Source of the DNA: Bdellovibrionales bacterium
GTDB taxonomy: Bacteria; Bdellovibrionota; Bdellovibrionia; Bdellovibrionales; UBA1609
Assembly: GCA_965242635.1 (NCBI GenBank)
Contig: OZ251471.1
Location: 1,893,662 to 1,957,661 of the forward strand
DNA: 64,000 nt
Direction of reading: 5' to 3'
Position numbers and translations under genes: made by a program. The notes under the pieces are model-generated. The model had not been told where the DNA came from. It worked only from the letters and a program-made list of their open reading frames with translations, and did not search any database. Of the stretch, positions 20,093 to 29,322 are shown in pieces; position 1 is the first letter of the stretch; each line of letters starts with the position of its first letter.

Positions 20093-21160
20093 TCATTCAT
20101 AACCGTTTAAACAGGTGCCCAGGGCCACCGGAATAAAGTGTTTTATATGCTCCAGCGAATCCTGCAAAACATCACTTGAAGGCAAATGGGGAAAAGGGCT
20201 CAACAGATGAGCGGGAATGTCAAACCGTCCTGATACAGCAGAAATCAGGCTGGGTATTTTGGCCCCTCCGCCTGTAATATAGGCACTGCACAGCTTTTCT
20301 GCCGGAAACTGGTTTTTGAAATACTCATACCCCATAAAAACCTCATCACAAAAGTAGCGATCACTTTCCTCCATGATTTTACGCATCTCCGGCGGTGTTT
20401 CTGTTCCGGAGCACCAGGAAAACTTTAAAGCTTCCCCGGACTGATATTCCATGTTCATGGACCTCATGATGTTTTGTGTGTAAAACTCACTGCCCACATT
20501 TATATAACGGTAGAAAATCAACTGCCCCTGGTGAAGAACCATAAATCCTGTGCCCGCTTTCCCTATATCCAGCAACAAAACACTCTCCGATTTTTGATTC
20601 AGATCCGGTTCTGTATGGAGCAGGGCGGAGGACAGGGCCAAGGCCCCCATGTCCACGCAGGCACACTTGTAACCGGCCGACTCAATCATATCATTGATTT
20701 TTTCCACCATGGCTTTTTTGGCGGCAAATATCAAAATATTCATTTTGTTTTCATCCGCCGGTGCCAATTTGTCCATTGGTGCGTAATCATAATTGATTTC
20801 ATTCAGGTTAAAAGGCAGATTTTGCCTGACCTCCTCCCTCATCAAATCATCCAGCAGGTCTTTTTCGGATCGTAAAACCTCCAGCTTTTTGACAATAACA
20901 GAGCGTCCGCTCATGGCCACATACAGTTCAGAAACAGCTGGCCGGGCTGTTGTGTTTTGCGATATAAAATCAGGCAAAGCCTCTTTTAAAGGATCCGGGT
21001 CCGTCAGATCACCCTGCTCAATAGCCTTGTCCACCACAGGCAAAAAAGCAAAGTTGTCCAAAAAAGGCTTGCTTTTTTTAAACGAAAACACGGCCAACTT
21101 GAGGGTATGGCTTCCCACATCCAAAACCGCCATTTTTTTTGGCTTGAATAACCAGCGCAT
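20093..21160 (-). CDS. pilM: Type IV pilus protein PilM
   Basis: LDVGSHTLK, LLDIG and ITGGGA actin-fold motifs. Confidence 0.93.
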   Translation of the reverse strand: MRWLFKPKKMAVLDVGSHTLKLAVFSFKKSKPFLDNFAFLPVVDKAIEQGDLTDPDPLKEALPDFISQNTTARPAVSELYVAMSGRSVIVKKLEVLRSEKDLLDDLMREEVRQNLPFNLNEINYDYAPMDKLAPADENKMNILIFAAKKAMVEKINDMIESAGYKCACVDMGALALSSALLHTEPDLNQKSESVLLLDIGKAGTGFMVLHQGQLIFYRYINVGSEFYTQNIMRSMNMEYQSGEALKFSWCSGTETPPEMRKIMEESDRYFCDEVFMGYEYFKNQFPAEKLCSAYITGGGAKIPSLISAVSGRFDIPAHLLSPFPHLPSSDVLQDSLEHIKHFIPVALGTCLNGYE

Positions 21161-21259
21161 GCTCTTCTCCTCTGAGAAAACGGGCCATTTTGTGCTCACC
21201 ACCGACCCCCTGTGTAAAAATTACACCATAAGTCCAGAAAAAAGTCAAATTTTTTTGAT

Positions 21260-22267
21260 TTAAGGGTAAAAAAACCAGGAAAGGTAAAGGCGGGCCAGAT
21301 TCTGCCCCCAAAAAATATAGACCAGAGCCGAAAAAGCCAGATAAGGCCCAAAAGGGATGCTTTGTTTGAGATAGCTTGCCGAGCGAAACATCATGAGAAC
21401 CCCTGCCAGCAGGCCGGTCAGGCAGGCCAGCAGAATCACAAAGGGCACGGCCTTCCAGGTCAGAATAGCACCAATCCAGGCCAAAAGCTTGATATCCCCG
21501 CCCCCCAGGCCCTCTTCTTTTTTCAGGGAGTAATAAAAATAGGCGATAAGCCATAAAAAGCCTCCGCCCATGAACATGCCGGCCAAAGCTGGCAAAAACT
21601 CCCTTCCTGCCTCTGGATTGAGCAAAGCCCCTGCCAGCCCTATTCCTATACCGGACAGGGTCAGAGAGTCCGGCAAAATCATGTGCTCCCAGTCCACGGC
21701 ACTGGCTGTCACCACAGCAAAAGTAAACAGCAGGTATTCCAGCAGGAGATATTTCCAGCCCACATAATGAATCAGCAGGGCAAACAAAGCCCCCATCAAA
21801 AGCTCCAAAATGAAAGGGCGAAGGGCCCCCTTTTGCTTTCTGGCGTGGCTGTTAAAGGGGTAAGAACATGGCAGGTGGCCCCATTTGTTCTGACAATCCG
21901 CAAAAAAAGCCCAAAGACCATTTTTAAGCAGTGCGTTAGTGGGAGGACTCAGGGGAGCAGAACCGGCGGGGAGGGTAGTGGCCCTTTCAGCTGAGGCTAC
22001 GGAGTCCCCTATGGAGGAGGCGGGTGTATTGTATGTTGATTTGCCTTCAGCAGAGAATGCGAAGGCTTTTGTATCAGGGTTTTTGGCAGATTCTGTATCA
22101 GTGGGGTAGGCTGAAGCATCAGGGTTGTCGGATTCTGCGTCAGGGTTGTCGGCTGGCATGGTGACGGAAAACAGCTCTGTCAGTAGGGCTGACACCCTGC
22201 CCATTAAAAGCCCCAGGGCAAAAAACATGACAAGCAAAAAACCTTTATTGGAAATCAGCTCAACCAC
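21260..22267 (-). CDS. pilD: Prepilin peptidase with a degenerate N-terminal Zn domain
   Basis: A24 motifs DWEHMILPD, LGGGDIKLLA and IPFGPYLA. Confidence 0.9.
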   Translation of the reverse strand: MVELISNKGFLLVMFFALGLLMGRVSALLTELFSVTMPADNPDAESDNPDASAYPTDTESAKNPDTKAFAFSAEGKSTYNTPASSIGDSVASAERATTLPAGSAPLSPPTNALLKNGLWAFFADCQNKWGHLPCSYPFNSHARKQKGALRPFILELLMGALFALLIHYVGWKYLLLEYLLFTFAVVTASAVDWEHMILPDSLTLSGIGIGLAGALLNPEAGREFLPALAGMFMGGGFLWLIAYFYYSLKKEEGLGGGDIKLLAWIGAILTWKAVPFVILLACLTGLLAGVLMMFRSASYLKQSIPFGPYLAFSALVYIFWGQNLARLYLSWFFYP

Positions 22268-22343
22268 AACTCATCCTTTCCATAAATTAATCCGGCCAAA
22301 AAAGAAACTCCCTTACTATCATAAATCTTCGGTACAATTCAAT

Positions 22344-23054
22344 TTAGGGTTTTGATTGACTTTTTAATTTTTCAAAGTGTTTATATGCTATGATATTAAA
22401 CTTTCCAAAAGTAAGTATTTCATGTCTTGGGATAATGGTCTCCATACTATCTAAAGCTAATGGATCAAACTCATACGGATAATAAGTTGTCCATTCCACT
22501 CGCTGTTTTTCTTTTTCTCTATACCCACTTTGAAGTGGTATTATAGAGATTGTTTGAGATTCATACCTTGACTTTGGATTTTCCGGGTATTTCCATAAGA
22601 TACCAATATAAGCCTTACCATTTTTAAGCGTTAATATGATGGCTTTATTTTCCCATTCCACACATTTTCTATAAAAATTATCATATACTGGTGGAAATAT
22701 GATTCTGGCAAATAGTCCAATTTGCACCAATAACAAAAGGATAAAAGAAAAAACTATAGAAATCAGTAATGTTTGTATTTGTTTTATTGTATCTTGGTTT
22801 ACATCAGATGCTAATGTACTGGACCATGTAAATAAAACTTTAGTCCAATTATGGGTTTTAAGGGATTCAAATATTTTCTGAGATACTAACTCAGCAGGAA
22901 GCCAGGTAAGAGTAGCTATAATAGTGAGTGCAAAAATCAATGGCCATCCTGATAAATTAATAGCTACTTCATATTTAACTGGTCTTTTCCTATTATATAG
23001 GTGAATAAAAATCACTCCAGGAATAACCCAGAGAATACAATATAAATCCAACAT
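22344..23054 (-). CDS. Low-GC membrane protein, DUF6338-like
   Basis: IPG in TM1, three TMs, and an ITLKNGKAYIG...IPLQSGYR Sm-like domain. Confidence 0.7.
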   Translation of the reverse strand: MLDLYCILWVIPGVIFIHLYNRKRPVKYEVAINLSGWPLIFALTIIATLTWLPAELVSQKIFESLKTHNWTKVLFTWSSTLASDVNQDTIKQIQTLLISIVFSFILLLLVQIGLFARIIFPPVYDNFYRKCVEWENKAIILTLKNGKAYIGILWKYPENPKSRYESQTISIIPLQSGYREKEKQRVEWTTYYPYEFDPLALDSMETIIPRHEILTFGKFNIIAYKHFEKLKSQSKP

Positions 23055-23291
23055 TTAACTGTTTGGTTCTCCTCTTATATGATTAAAGGCCTCTCTTACT
23101 GTTTTTACTTCACGTTGCACATTTTCGTCCTTTCGCAATTCTTCTGCTGTGGGCCAAGGTTCAGCGACTGTTCCTTTTGTTCGAAACAACCACCAACTAA
23201 TATAACCAGTTCTTTGTTGGTTTTCTTTTTGAGGTTTCCTTATAGTTTTCTTTTTATCCTGATTGTTTGCTGTTTTATTATAATCAGACAT
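23055..23291 (-). CDS. Small hypothetical protein abutting the DUF6338-like gene
   Basis: AGGAGG SD; its stop is immediately adjacent to the next start codon. Confidence 0.7.
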   Translation of the reverse strand: MSDYNKTANNQDKKKTIRKPQKENQQRTGYISWWLFRTKGTVAEPWPTAEELRKDENVQREVKTVREAFNHIRGEPNS

Positions 23292-23363
23292 AATCCACCT
23301 CCTTTGTTAATGATAATTAGACCTTGATGTGTTTTTTCATTATTATCCTGCACTTTTTCAAAA

Positions 23364-23681
23364 TCAGCTCTTTTTTTGGCTGTTTTTTAACTTCTGAATT
23401 TCCTCTTCAGACAAGCCTGTCACTGCAGAGATTAAAGAAAAATCCAGCTGTTTTTTCAGCATGTTTAAGGCCACAGCCTGCTTTTCTTTTTCCATGCCCT
23501 TTTCCATGCCCTGTCGCACGCCTTCTTTCCGGCCTTCATCGTAAACTTCGTCTTTAAGTTGAGCTTTGAGCTCGTCTTTGAGGGATCGCTGATCCCGCTC
23601 ATAGCGGTCAATCGACCACTCCCTCAACCTTGTCAAACGACTTGCAGGAACCCCATCAAACAAACCCACCGCTTTTGCCAT
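23364..23681 (-). CDS. Internal RpnS-like small protein (MAKAVG..., 105 aa)
   Basis: GGGGAGG-AT-ATG internal start (KGEDM) with an intact frame to the stop. Confidence 0.55.
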   Translation of the reverse strand: MAKAVGLFDGVPASRLTRLREWSIDRYERDQRSLKDELKAQLKDEVYDEGRKEGVRQGMEKGMEKEKQAVALNMLKKQLDFSLISAVTGLSEEEIQKLKNSQKKS

Positions 23682-23730
23682 ATCCTCCCCCTTTGTGGAC
23701 AGTAACCTTGCCTGTTCACGGCTCATTCGC

Positions 23731-23787
23731 CCTGCCCGCGAGTCGCGGGGGACAAAGTCGACGCGACTCTCACCTCTGATCGTGACT
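23731..23787 (-). repeat. Repeat D (hairpin-bearing coding repeat) within Rpn
   Basis: gtcacga...gtcgactttgtcccccgcgactcgcggg; related copies in tig, uppS and at 63109. Confidence 0.85.
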
Positions 23788-24076
23788 CTCAGCCTGAACC
23801 AAGAACCCTGATTTCCTAAATAGCACCATTGATTCCGCAAGTCAACCAATTCCTTTATGGACTTTTTCTGAAAACGGCTCAAATCCACAAACACCATCCG
23901 TAGATGGTCATTCAGCACAAAATGGGGATGTTCATCCGACCGAATGGCAAAAGAAGTCACAAAATCCCTCTCTTCTCCCTCGAACATCGGAAAAGTGGTG
24001 AATATCAGGGAATAAGTGGGGTGGAGCCGGCTATAGTCCTCCCCAGCCTTAAATCCTTTGGAGTGGAGCTGGGCAC

Positions 24077-24143
24077 TTTTTGGGGGGTTTTGGGACCAAA
24101 AAATTCGGAAATCCGAATTTTTACCGAATTTTTTGGCCGGTTT
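24077..24143 (-). repeat. Repeat B, palindromic box AAAAATTCGGAWWTCCGAATTTTT
   Basis: Other copies at 29159, 59733 and 62218. Confidence 0.9.
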
Positions 24144-24241
24144 GATGGTTTCTGACTTTATTTTTAATTTCTGGTGGACACAAGCTGATAGGCATGGTAT
24201 AGTGAGAAAAAAAAACAACATTAACCTTTAGGAGGTGGATT

Positions 24242-24595
24242 ATGAAAGTTCTTATAATTTTTCTTAGTCTGGTGTTTATGGGCTGTGTGACAGCCAACAC
24301 CAGAGACTTGTCCGCTATCAATCCCAAAGCAGAATCACTAAAAAGTGAACCTGTTTCAAACACCCCTTTTAAGTTGGCGGATGATGATGCCTGCACAACA
24401 TCTTGTTTGGAAGACGGCCATTCCCCCAGTGACTGTTCCGATGCTTGTTCTGATGACGCTTGGCGACGGCGACGGTCTTCTGGTGTGGAAAATAAAAAGC
24501 CTCTTATGTTGGCTGATGATTATGAAGATTGCATGGGAAAATGCACACAGCAAGCAAGCTCAAAAGCATGTCACAGTGTTTGCGAGAGAGAGTGA
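24242..24595 (+). CDS. Small lipoprotein with two CX3C-X8/9-CX3C modules
   Basis: Lipobox FMGC, AGGAGG SD, eight module Cys. Confidence 0.85.
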   Translation: MKVLIIFLSLVFMGCVTANTRDLSAINPKAESLKSEPVSNTPFKLADDDACTTSCLEDGHSPSDCSDACSDDAWRRRRSSGVENKKPLMLADDYEDCMGKCTQQASSKACHSVCERE

Positions 24596-24628
24596 GAAAA
24601 AAAAACATTAACCTTTTGGAGATGCATT

Positions 24629-24880
24629 ATGAAAGTTCTTATAATTTTTCTTAGTCTGGTGTTTATGGGCTGTGTGACCAGTGGGGTTAATAAAGACCGT
24701 GCTATAGCAAATGTATGTCATTTTAAAAATTATATAGACTTCATAAGCAAAGAAGGTGTCCATAATTGCTATTTGTCTAAGGCGGATTTGAGAAGGGCAG
24801 ATTTGCAAAATGCGGATTTGCGAAGTGCATATTTGTCTAAGGCGGATTTGCGAAGGGCGGGAGTATTTATCATAGTGTAA
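24629..24880 (+). CDS. Short pentapeptide-repeat lipoprotein (shortened paralogue of 61126-61680)
   Basis: First 17 aa identical to the previous ORF; KEGVHNC and ADLRR repeats. Confidence 0.8.
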   Translation: MKVLIIFLSLVFMGCVTSGVNKDRAIANVCHFKNYIDFISKEGVHNCYLSKADLRRADLQNADLRSAYLSKADLRRAGVFIIV

Positions 24881-25042
24881 TTTTTACACTATTTGTCACC
24901 TTGTGCCCCCAACCTCTGAGCTGGCTTTTTCTTCCTGGGCAGTTTTGACATGGGGAAAAAATCAGGTTTTTTGACTTTCTGCTCCATTGTGGAGCATAAA
25001 AGCTTGACTTTCAGGCATGGATCGGGAAAAGCAAAGGGCATA

Positions 25043-27250
25043 ATGAAAGCACTTCTTTTCCTCATGGCAGGCTTTTTTTTGAGCTGTCCCGTGCAGGCAC
25101 ATTTCACTCATGGTGTTGTGTCCCATATCATGTTGTCTTACCTGTATGACCAGGCTCTTGTCCCCGAGCTGGACAAACTGCAATCCCATTACGAAAAGCA
25201 TATTCAGGAATTTAGCATTGAGGAAACACAAAGAATAAATACTTGGCTGACCGAAGAACAGGCCAAACTGAACACCCCTCCCCCCGCACTGGAGGAGATC
25301 AGGCAAAGCCTCAACCAGGGAATCCAGGCCTATAACAGCCTGTTTGAGCAGTGGGAGGATAACAAAAGGCTTAAACGGCAACTCAGGGAAAGCCTGCAGG
25401 CGGAAACAAAAACCGCTCTTGAGGAAAACGAAAGGCAAATAAAAGAAATAATGGCCTGGATTAACACTCTGGTGGCAACAGTAAACCAGAGGGCCGAACA
25501 GCTGACCGCTCTTGAGGCCACAGAAAAAAAATCCCGCCTTTTTTATCTTAATCAGGACTATATGTCTGAAGAACCCTTAAAAACCCAAAAAGCCGAAATG
25601 GAGCAGTGGAAAAATCGCCAGGATCAAAAGCTCAACACAGAAATCAGGATCTATAACCAGGCGGTGACTGACTTTGAAACAACCCAAACAACGAACAATA
25701 TCTTCATAACAGAACAAAAACAAGAGATAGCCCGGCAGGAACAGGCCCTGGAACAACAGGAGTCGGAGATCAATGAACAAGTGGCAGAATACAACAGGGT
25801 CCGGGAGGAGGAATGCCAAACCAAAGAATGTATTGAAAAGCTCACAGAAGAAAAAACACTGATCGCACAAAAAAGAGAGAAGTATGCAGGGGAGCTTGTT
25901 TCTTTTAACACTTTTGTATCGACTTTTAATCAATATATAAGGGACTACAAAAAGACACAAAATGAAGGTGCCACCCTCCTCCGTCAACAAAGGCAGGGGC
26001 TGGAACAGCTTAAAGAGGATATATTTGGAGAGTGGGATCAAAAACAACAACAATGGGAGGCAACACGGCAGGAACATCAGGCCACCGCCCGCACCACATG
26101 GGAAAAGGACAAGCAAGAGCTGAGCCAGTTTCAATCCCAGCTGACAGCGGATTATGGAGAGGATTTTCGTCTGTTTACTGATCAATTTGCTCTCTGGTCC
26201 AAAACACTTCAGGCCGAACAACAAAAAACACCGCAAAACTCCTCTGGCCAGGCCATGCAGGAGGCTTTATGTGCCTACAGCCAGCAAAACCCTTCTGCCC
26301 TCTCAGCCCAAAACCTTTGTGAAAACATAACCCGGCGGTCCACTTTACAGAAAGAGTTTGGAGTATTGGAAACCGATGGAGTGCCAACAGAAACACGAAA
26401 AGCCTTAAACAAAATCACAGAGGAAACAGCAAAGCTTGTAAAACAAATGGAGCAACAGTTTAATCAAAATGAAGAGAAAACAGCGGACTTAAATCGGATG
26501 GTGGCACAGTATAATAATGGAAGGCCTCTCAGACAACAACGATATGAGAATTTGAAAAAGGAGATGGCCCAAAAAAAGGACACAGCACTGGCTTTTATTT
26601 CCATAGCCTACAAGCTGAGGGCCAGCCTGCTAAACAAAGAATACGATCTTTTACATGTGGGAACTTCAACCGCCTCTTCGCCAGAGGAGCAGGAAAGCCT
26701 CAACACCTTCAGAACCTCCTGGGCCGATTTTATGTCCGTTATGTCCGGGCCACTTACAAATGTCCGGGGTTTTCCGGAAGGCTGGACAGAGCCTTTCCAT
26801 TTGGTTCGTGTAATATTGGCTCAGGCCCAAAAAAGCCTCTGGCCCACAGATCAATACGCTTTTGGAACAAAAACCACCAACCTGCCGGTCCATTTTGAAA
26901 GTGAAGGGGGCCAGAGGATGGAGGAGGAGGAAAAAAGAGAGCTGATTCTCACCTGGATGCAAACCCCTTTTATATCTGCTTTTTTAAAGGCTTTTTCAGA
27001 AAAAATGGCATGGGTTTTGGCAGAAAACACAGGTTCTGTCTCTCAGGGCCAAAGTGCCAACCCTTCTTTTGAGGAGTCTGTTGCACTCGAAAGTTCCGTC
27101 TTTGTCGGTTTCCTGTTTTTGGAAAGCATGTATCATAGAGGGGTTTTTCAAAAAGGGGAGGGCAGTCAACCGGCCCACTTTGTTTTTAATGATTTGGTTT
27201 TGTGGTTTCAGCCGGACGGAAAACTGGAAAGACCAAGAGGAATATATTAA
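25043..27250 (+). CDS. Large secreted coiled-coil protein
   Basis: Signal peptide MKALLFLMAGFFLSCPVQA; Q/E/K-rich helices. Confidence 0.85.
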   Translation: MKALLFLMAGFFLSCPVQAHFTHGVVSHIMLSYLYDQALVPELDKLQSHYEKHIQEFSIEETQRINTWLTEEQAKLNTPPPALEEIRQSLNQGIQAYNSLFEQWEDNKRLKRQLRESLQAETKTALEENERQIKEIMAWINTLVATVNQRAEQLTALEATEKKSRLFYLNQDYMSEEPLKTQKAEMEQWKNRQDQKLNTEIRIYNQAVTDFETTQTTNNIFITEQKQEIARQEQALEQQESEINEQVAEYNRVREEECQTKECIEKLTEEKTLIAQKREKYAGELVSFNTFVSTFNQYIRDYKKTQNEGATLLRQQRQGLEQLKEDIFGEWDQKQQQWEATRQEHQATARTTWEKDKQELSQFQSQLTADYGEDFRLFTDQFALWSKTLQAEQQKTPQNSSGQAMQEALCAYSQQNPSALSAQNLCENITRRSTLQKEFGVLETDGVPTETRKALNKITEETAKLVKQMEQQFNQNEEKTADLNRMVAQYNNGRPLRQQRYENLKKEMAQKKDTALAFISIAYKLRASLLNKEYDLLHVGTSTASSPEEQESLNTFRTSWADFMSVMSGPLTNVRGFPEGWTEPFHLVRVILAQAQKSLWPTDQYAFGTKTTNLPVHFESEGGQRMEEEEKRELILTWMQTPFISAFLKAFSEKMAWVLAENTGSVSQGQSANPSFEESVALESSVFVGFLFLESMYHRGVFQKGEGSQPAHFVFNDLVLWFQPDGKLERPRGIY

Positions 27251-27257
27251 ACCAAGT

Positions 27258-28205
27258 ATGAATCCTGCTTTTTTTTCTTTATTGTTGAATATTACACGCT
27301 CTTCTGCACTGGCCTGTTATGAACATATTGGCCGGGGAGAGGCCAAATCGGCCGACCAGTCTGCCGTGGACGCCATGCGGCAGGCCTTTCAAAGTATGCC
27401 CATAAAAGGCCGGGTGGTTATTGGAGAGGGTGAGCGGGACCAGGCCCCCATGCTTTATATTGGGGAAAAAGTGGGCATGTGGAAAGAGGCCCATCCGGCA
27501 TGCGATATTGCCGTGGATCCGCTGGAAGGCACCAATCTCTGTGCCAGAGGGGAGGGGGGGGCCATTTCTGTTTTGTCTCTTTCTGAAAAGGGGGGTCTGC
27601 TTTCCGCCCCCGATATTTATATGGAAAAAATAGCCTGTGGCCCCAAAGCCAAAGAGTGTATTGATCTGAAACAGAGTGCGGAAAAAAATATCAAGGCCGT
27701 GGCCCAAGCTTTGAATAAAAAAATCTCTGAAATAAAAGTGGTCATTTTGAATCGTGCCCGCCACAAAAATCTTATCCAGTCTGTTTATGGGGCCGGTGCC
27801 TGTGTTCTTCTCATTGAGGATGGGGATCTTTCTGCCTCCATCCTCACCGCAATGGGAAAGGTGGATCTTATGATGGGCACAGGGGGGGCACCGGAAGGGG
27901 TGCTGTCTGCCTCGGCTCTCAAGTGCCTGGGCGGGGGCTTTCAGGGGAGACTGGTGTTTCAAAATGAAGAGGAAAAAACGAGGGCAAAAAAAATGGGTTT
28001 GAGTCAAATGGACAAAGTTTACGACAGGGACGAAATAGCCAAAGGCCCTCAGTTGTTTTGTGCCACAGGTGTCACAGATGGGGTGATGTTAAAAGGGGTC
28101 ACGAAAACAGAGCAGTCCATTCAGACAGAAAGCCTTTACATCGATTCCTCTGATCGATCCTGTTCCCGTGTGCAAAGCACCACTTTTATGGAGAAACCAC
28201 GCTGA
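27258..28205 (+). CDS. glpX: Fructose-1,6-bisphosphatase class II
   Basis: VVIGEGERDQAPML, DPLEGT, GGAPEGV and ATGVTDG motifs. Confidence 0.96.
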   Translation: MNPAFFSLLLNITRSSALACYEHIGRGEAKSADQSAVDAMRQAFQSMPIKGRVVIGEGERDQAPMLYIGEKVGMWKEAHPACDIAVDPLEGTNLCARGEGGAISVLSLSEKGGLLSAPDIYMEKIACGPKAKECIDLKQSAEKNIKAVAQALNKKISEIKVVILNRARHKNLIQSVYGAGACVLLIEDGDLSASILTAMGKVDLMMGTGGAPEGVLSASALKCLGGGFQGRLVFQNEEEKTRAKKMGLSQMDKVYDRDEIAKGPQLFCATGVTDGVMLKGVTKTEQSIQTESLYIDSSDRSCSRVQSTTFMEKPR

Positions 28206-28206
28206 G

Positions 28207-29010
28207 TCAGGTTTTTTTAAAAAGGGCGTCTGCGGTTTTTAGGTTTTCTTTGTTCAGACCACAGGCAGAAAGCTCCTCCTGAGAAAAAGACTCTGCCATT
28301 TTCAGGGCGGAACCCAGCATTTGTTTGTCTTTTTTTTGTAAAAGGGAGGGCCTTTTTAAAGCTGTCACCAATACCGACAGCAAATAACGAAACTCCCGTA
28401 TTTTTTTGTGGTGCCCGGAAAATACCAGCTCAGGAATTTTGTATCCCTCAATCTCCCTTGGTCGGGTCCATTGAGGGGCTTCCAGCAGGTCACGATTTTC
28501 AAAGCTCTCCTCTTTCATGGAAAGCTCATTCCCCAGGACCCCTTTGACAAAGCGTGCCAAAGAATCCAATATAATCAGTGTGGCTGGCTCTCCTCCTGTC
28601 AACACATAGTCCCCCACGGATATTTCCTCTGTCACATATTCACTGACAAATCTTTGATCCACCCCCGCGTAACGGCCACTTATAAGAGTCCATTCCCCTG
28701 CCTGCTCCGCCCATTCTCTTGCTTTTTTATAGTTCCACTTTTGGCCCTGTGGGCTTAAATACACTATTTTTTTTCGTGCCCTCGCCGGCAAAGATTCCAC
28801 AGCCTCCTTTAAAGGCTGGTATAACATGACCATGCCATCCCCTCCGCCAAAGGGGCTGTCATCCACTGTTTTGTGAATATCCTTTGCAAAATCCCTTGGA
28901 TTGACAAAACGGACCTGCAAAAGCTGGCGGGCCACAGCCCGCCCCAAAACCCCGGTTTTTAAAGGGGAGGCAAAAAACTCCGGAAATAAAGTGACAATAT
29001 TAAAGGTCAT
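28207..29010 (-). CDS. trmD: tRNA (guanine37-N1)-methyltransferase
   Basis: VDDSPFGGGDGM, SPQG, SVGDYVLTGGE and SGHH motifs. Confidence 0.96.
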   Translation of the reverse strand: MTFNIVTLFPEFFASPLKTGVLGRAVARQLLQVRFVNPRDFAKDIHKTVDDSPFGGGDGMVMLYQPLKEAVESLPARARKKIVYLSPQGQKWNYKKAREWAEQAGEWTLISGRYAGVDQRFVSEYVTEEISVGDYVLTGGEPATLIILDSLARFVKGVLGNELSMKEESFENRDLLEAPQWTRPREIEGYKIPELVFSGHHKKIREFRYLLSVLVTALKRPSLLQKKDKQMLGSALKMAESFSQEELSACGLNKENLKTADALFKKT

Positions 29011-29065
29011 GGCTATCCCCTTTATAGCCTGTTTTATTGGGTCTGTAAAATTTGTATGGAGCTGA

Positions 29066-29150
29066 TAAACCAAACTGGCACGAGGAGGCAGGCATCTTTT
29101 GAAAAAGGTGTTGCTTTTGGGTTGTTTTTCTCTTGGTTTATTATGCAGTA
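29066..29150 (+). repeat. Degenerate copy of MITE-like repeat A
   Basis: taaaccaaactgg...ttttgaaaaaggtgttgcttttggg. Confidence 0.7.
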
Positions 29151-29158
29151 TGTCATAC

Positions 29159-29230
29159 AAAAAAATTCGGATTTCCGAATTTTTTTCAGTCAAATTCGGA
29201 AATCCGAATTTAAAACCCCCTTTTTCGGCC
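29159..29230. promoter_or_regulatory. Two tandem TTCGG..CCGAA palindromes (repeat B type) upstream of the sigma54 activator gene
   Basis: aaaaattcggatttccgaattttt and aaattcggaaatccgaattt. Confidence 0.7.
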
Positions 29231-29322
29231 TCCATTCCCTTTTTATGTTTTGCATTAAAATAAGCAGAGTGTTTGACTTTTCAAACATTCCATTTGATTT
29301 TACATTAACAAAGGAGGTCAAC

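Larger units (their letters stand above)
23364..24076 (-). pseudogene. 5'-deleted Rpn-family (PD-(D/E)XK nuclease/putative transposase) gene
   Basis: GEDYSRLHPTYSL and the C-terminal ALNMLKK...VTGLSEEEI match the 62471 gene; the N-terminal nuclease part is absent and repeat B joins directly. Confidence 0.85.

Noticed and set aside
24077-24221. N-terminus of the 285-aa Rpn ORF
   Set aside because: It is read-through of repeat B and the intergenic block, not Rpn sequence
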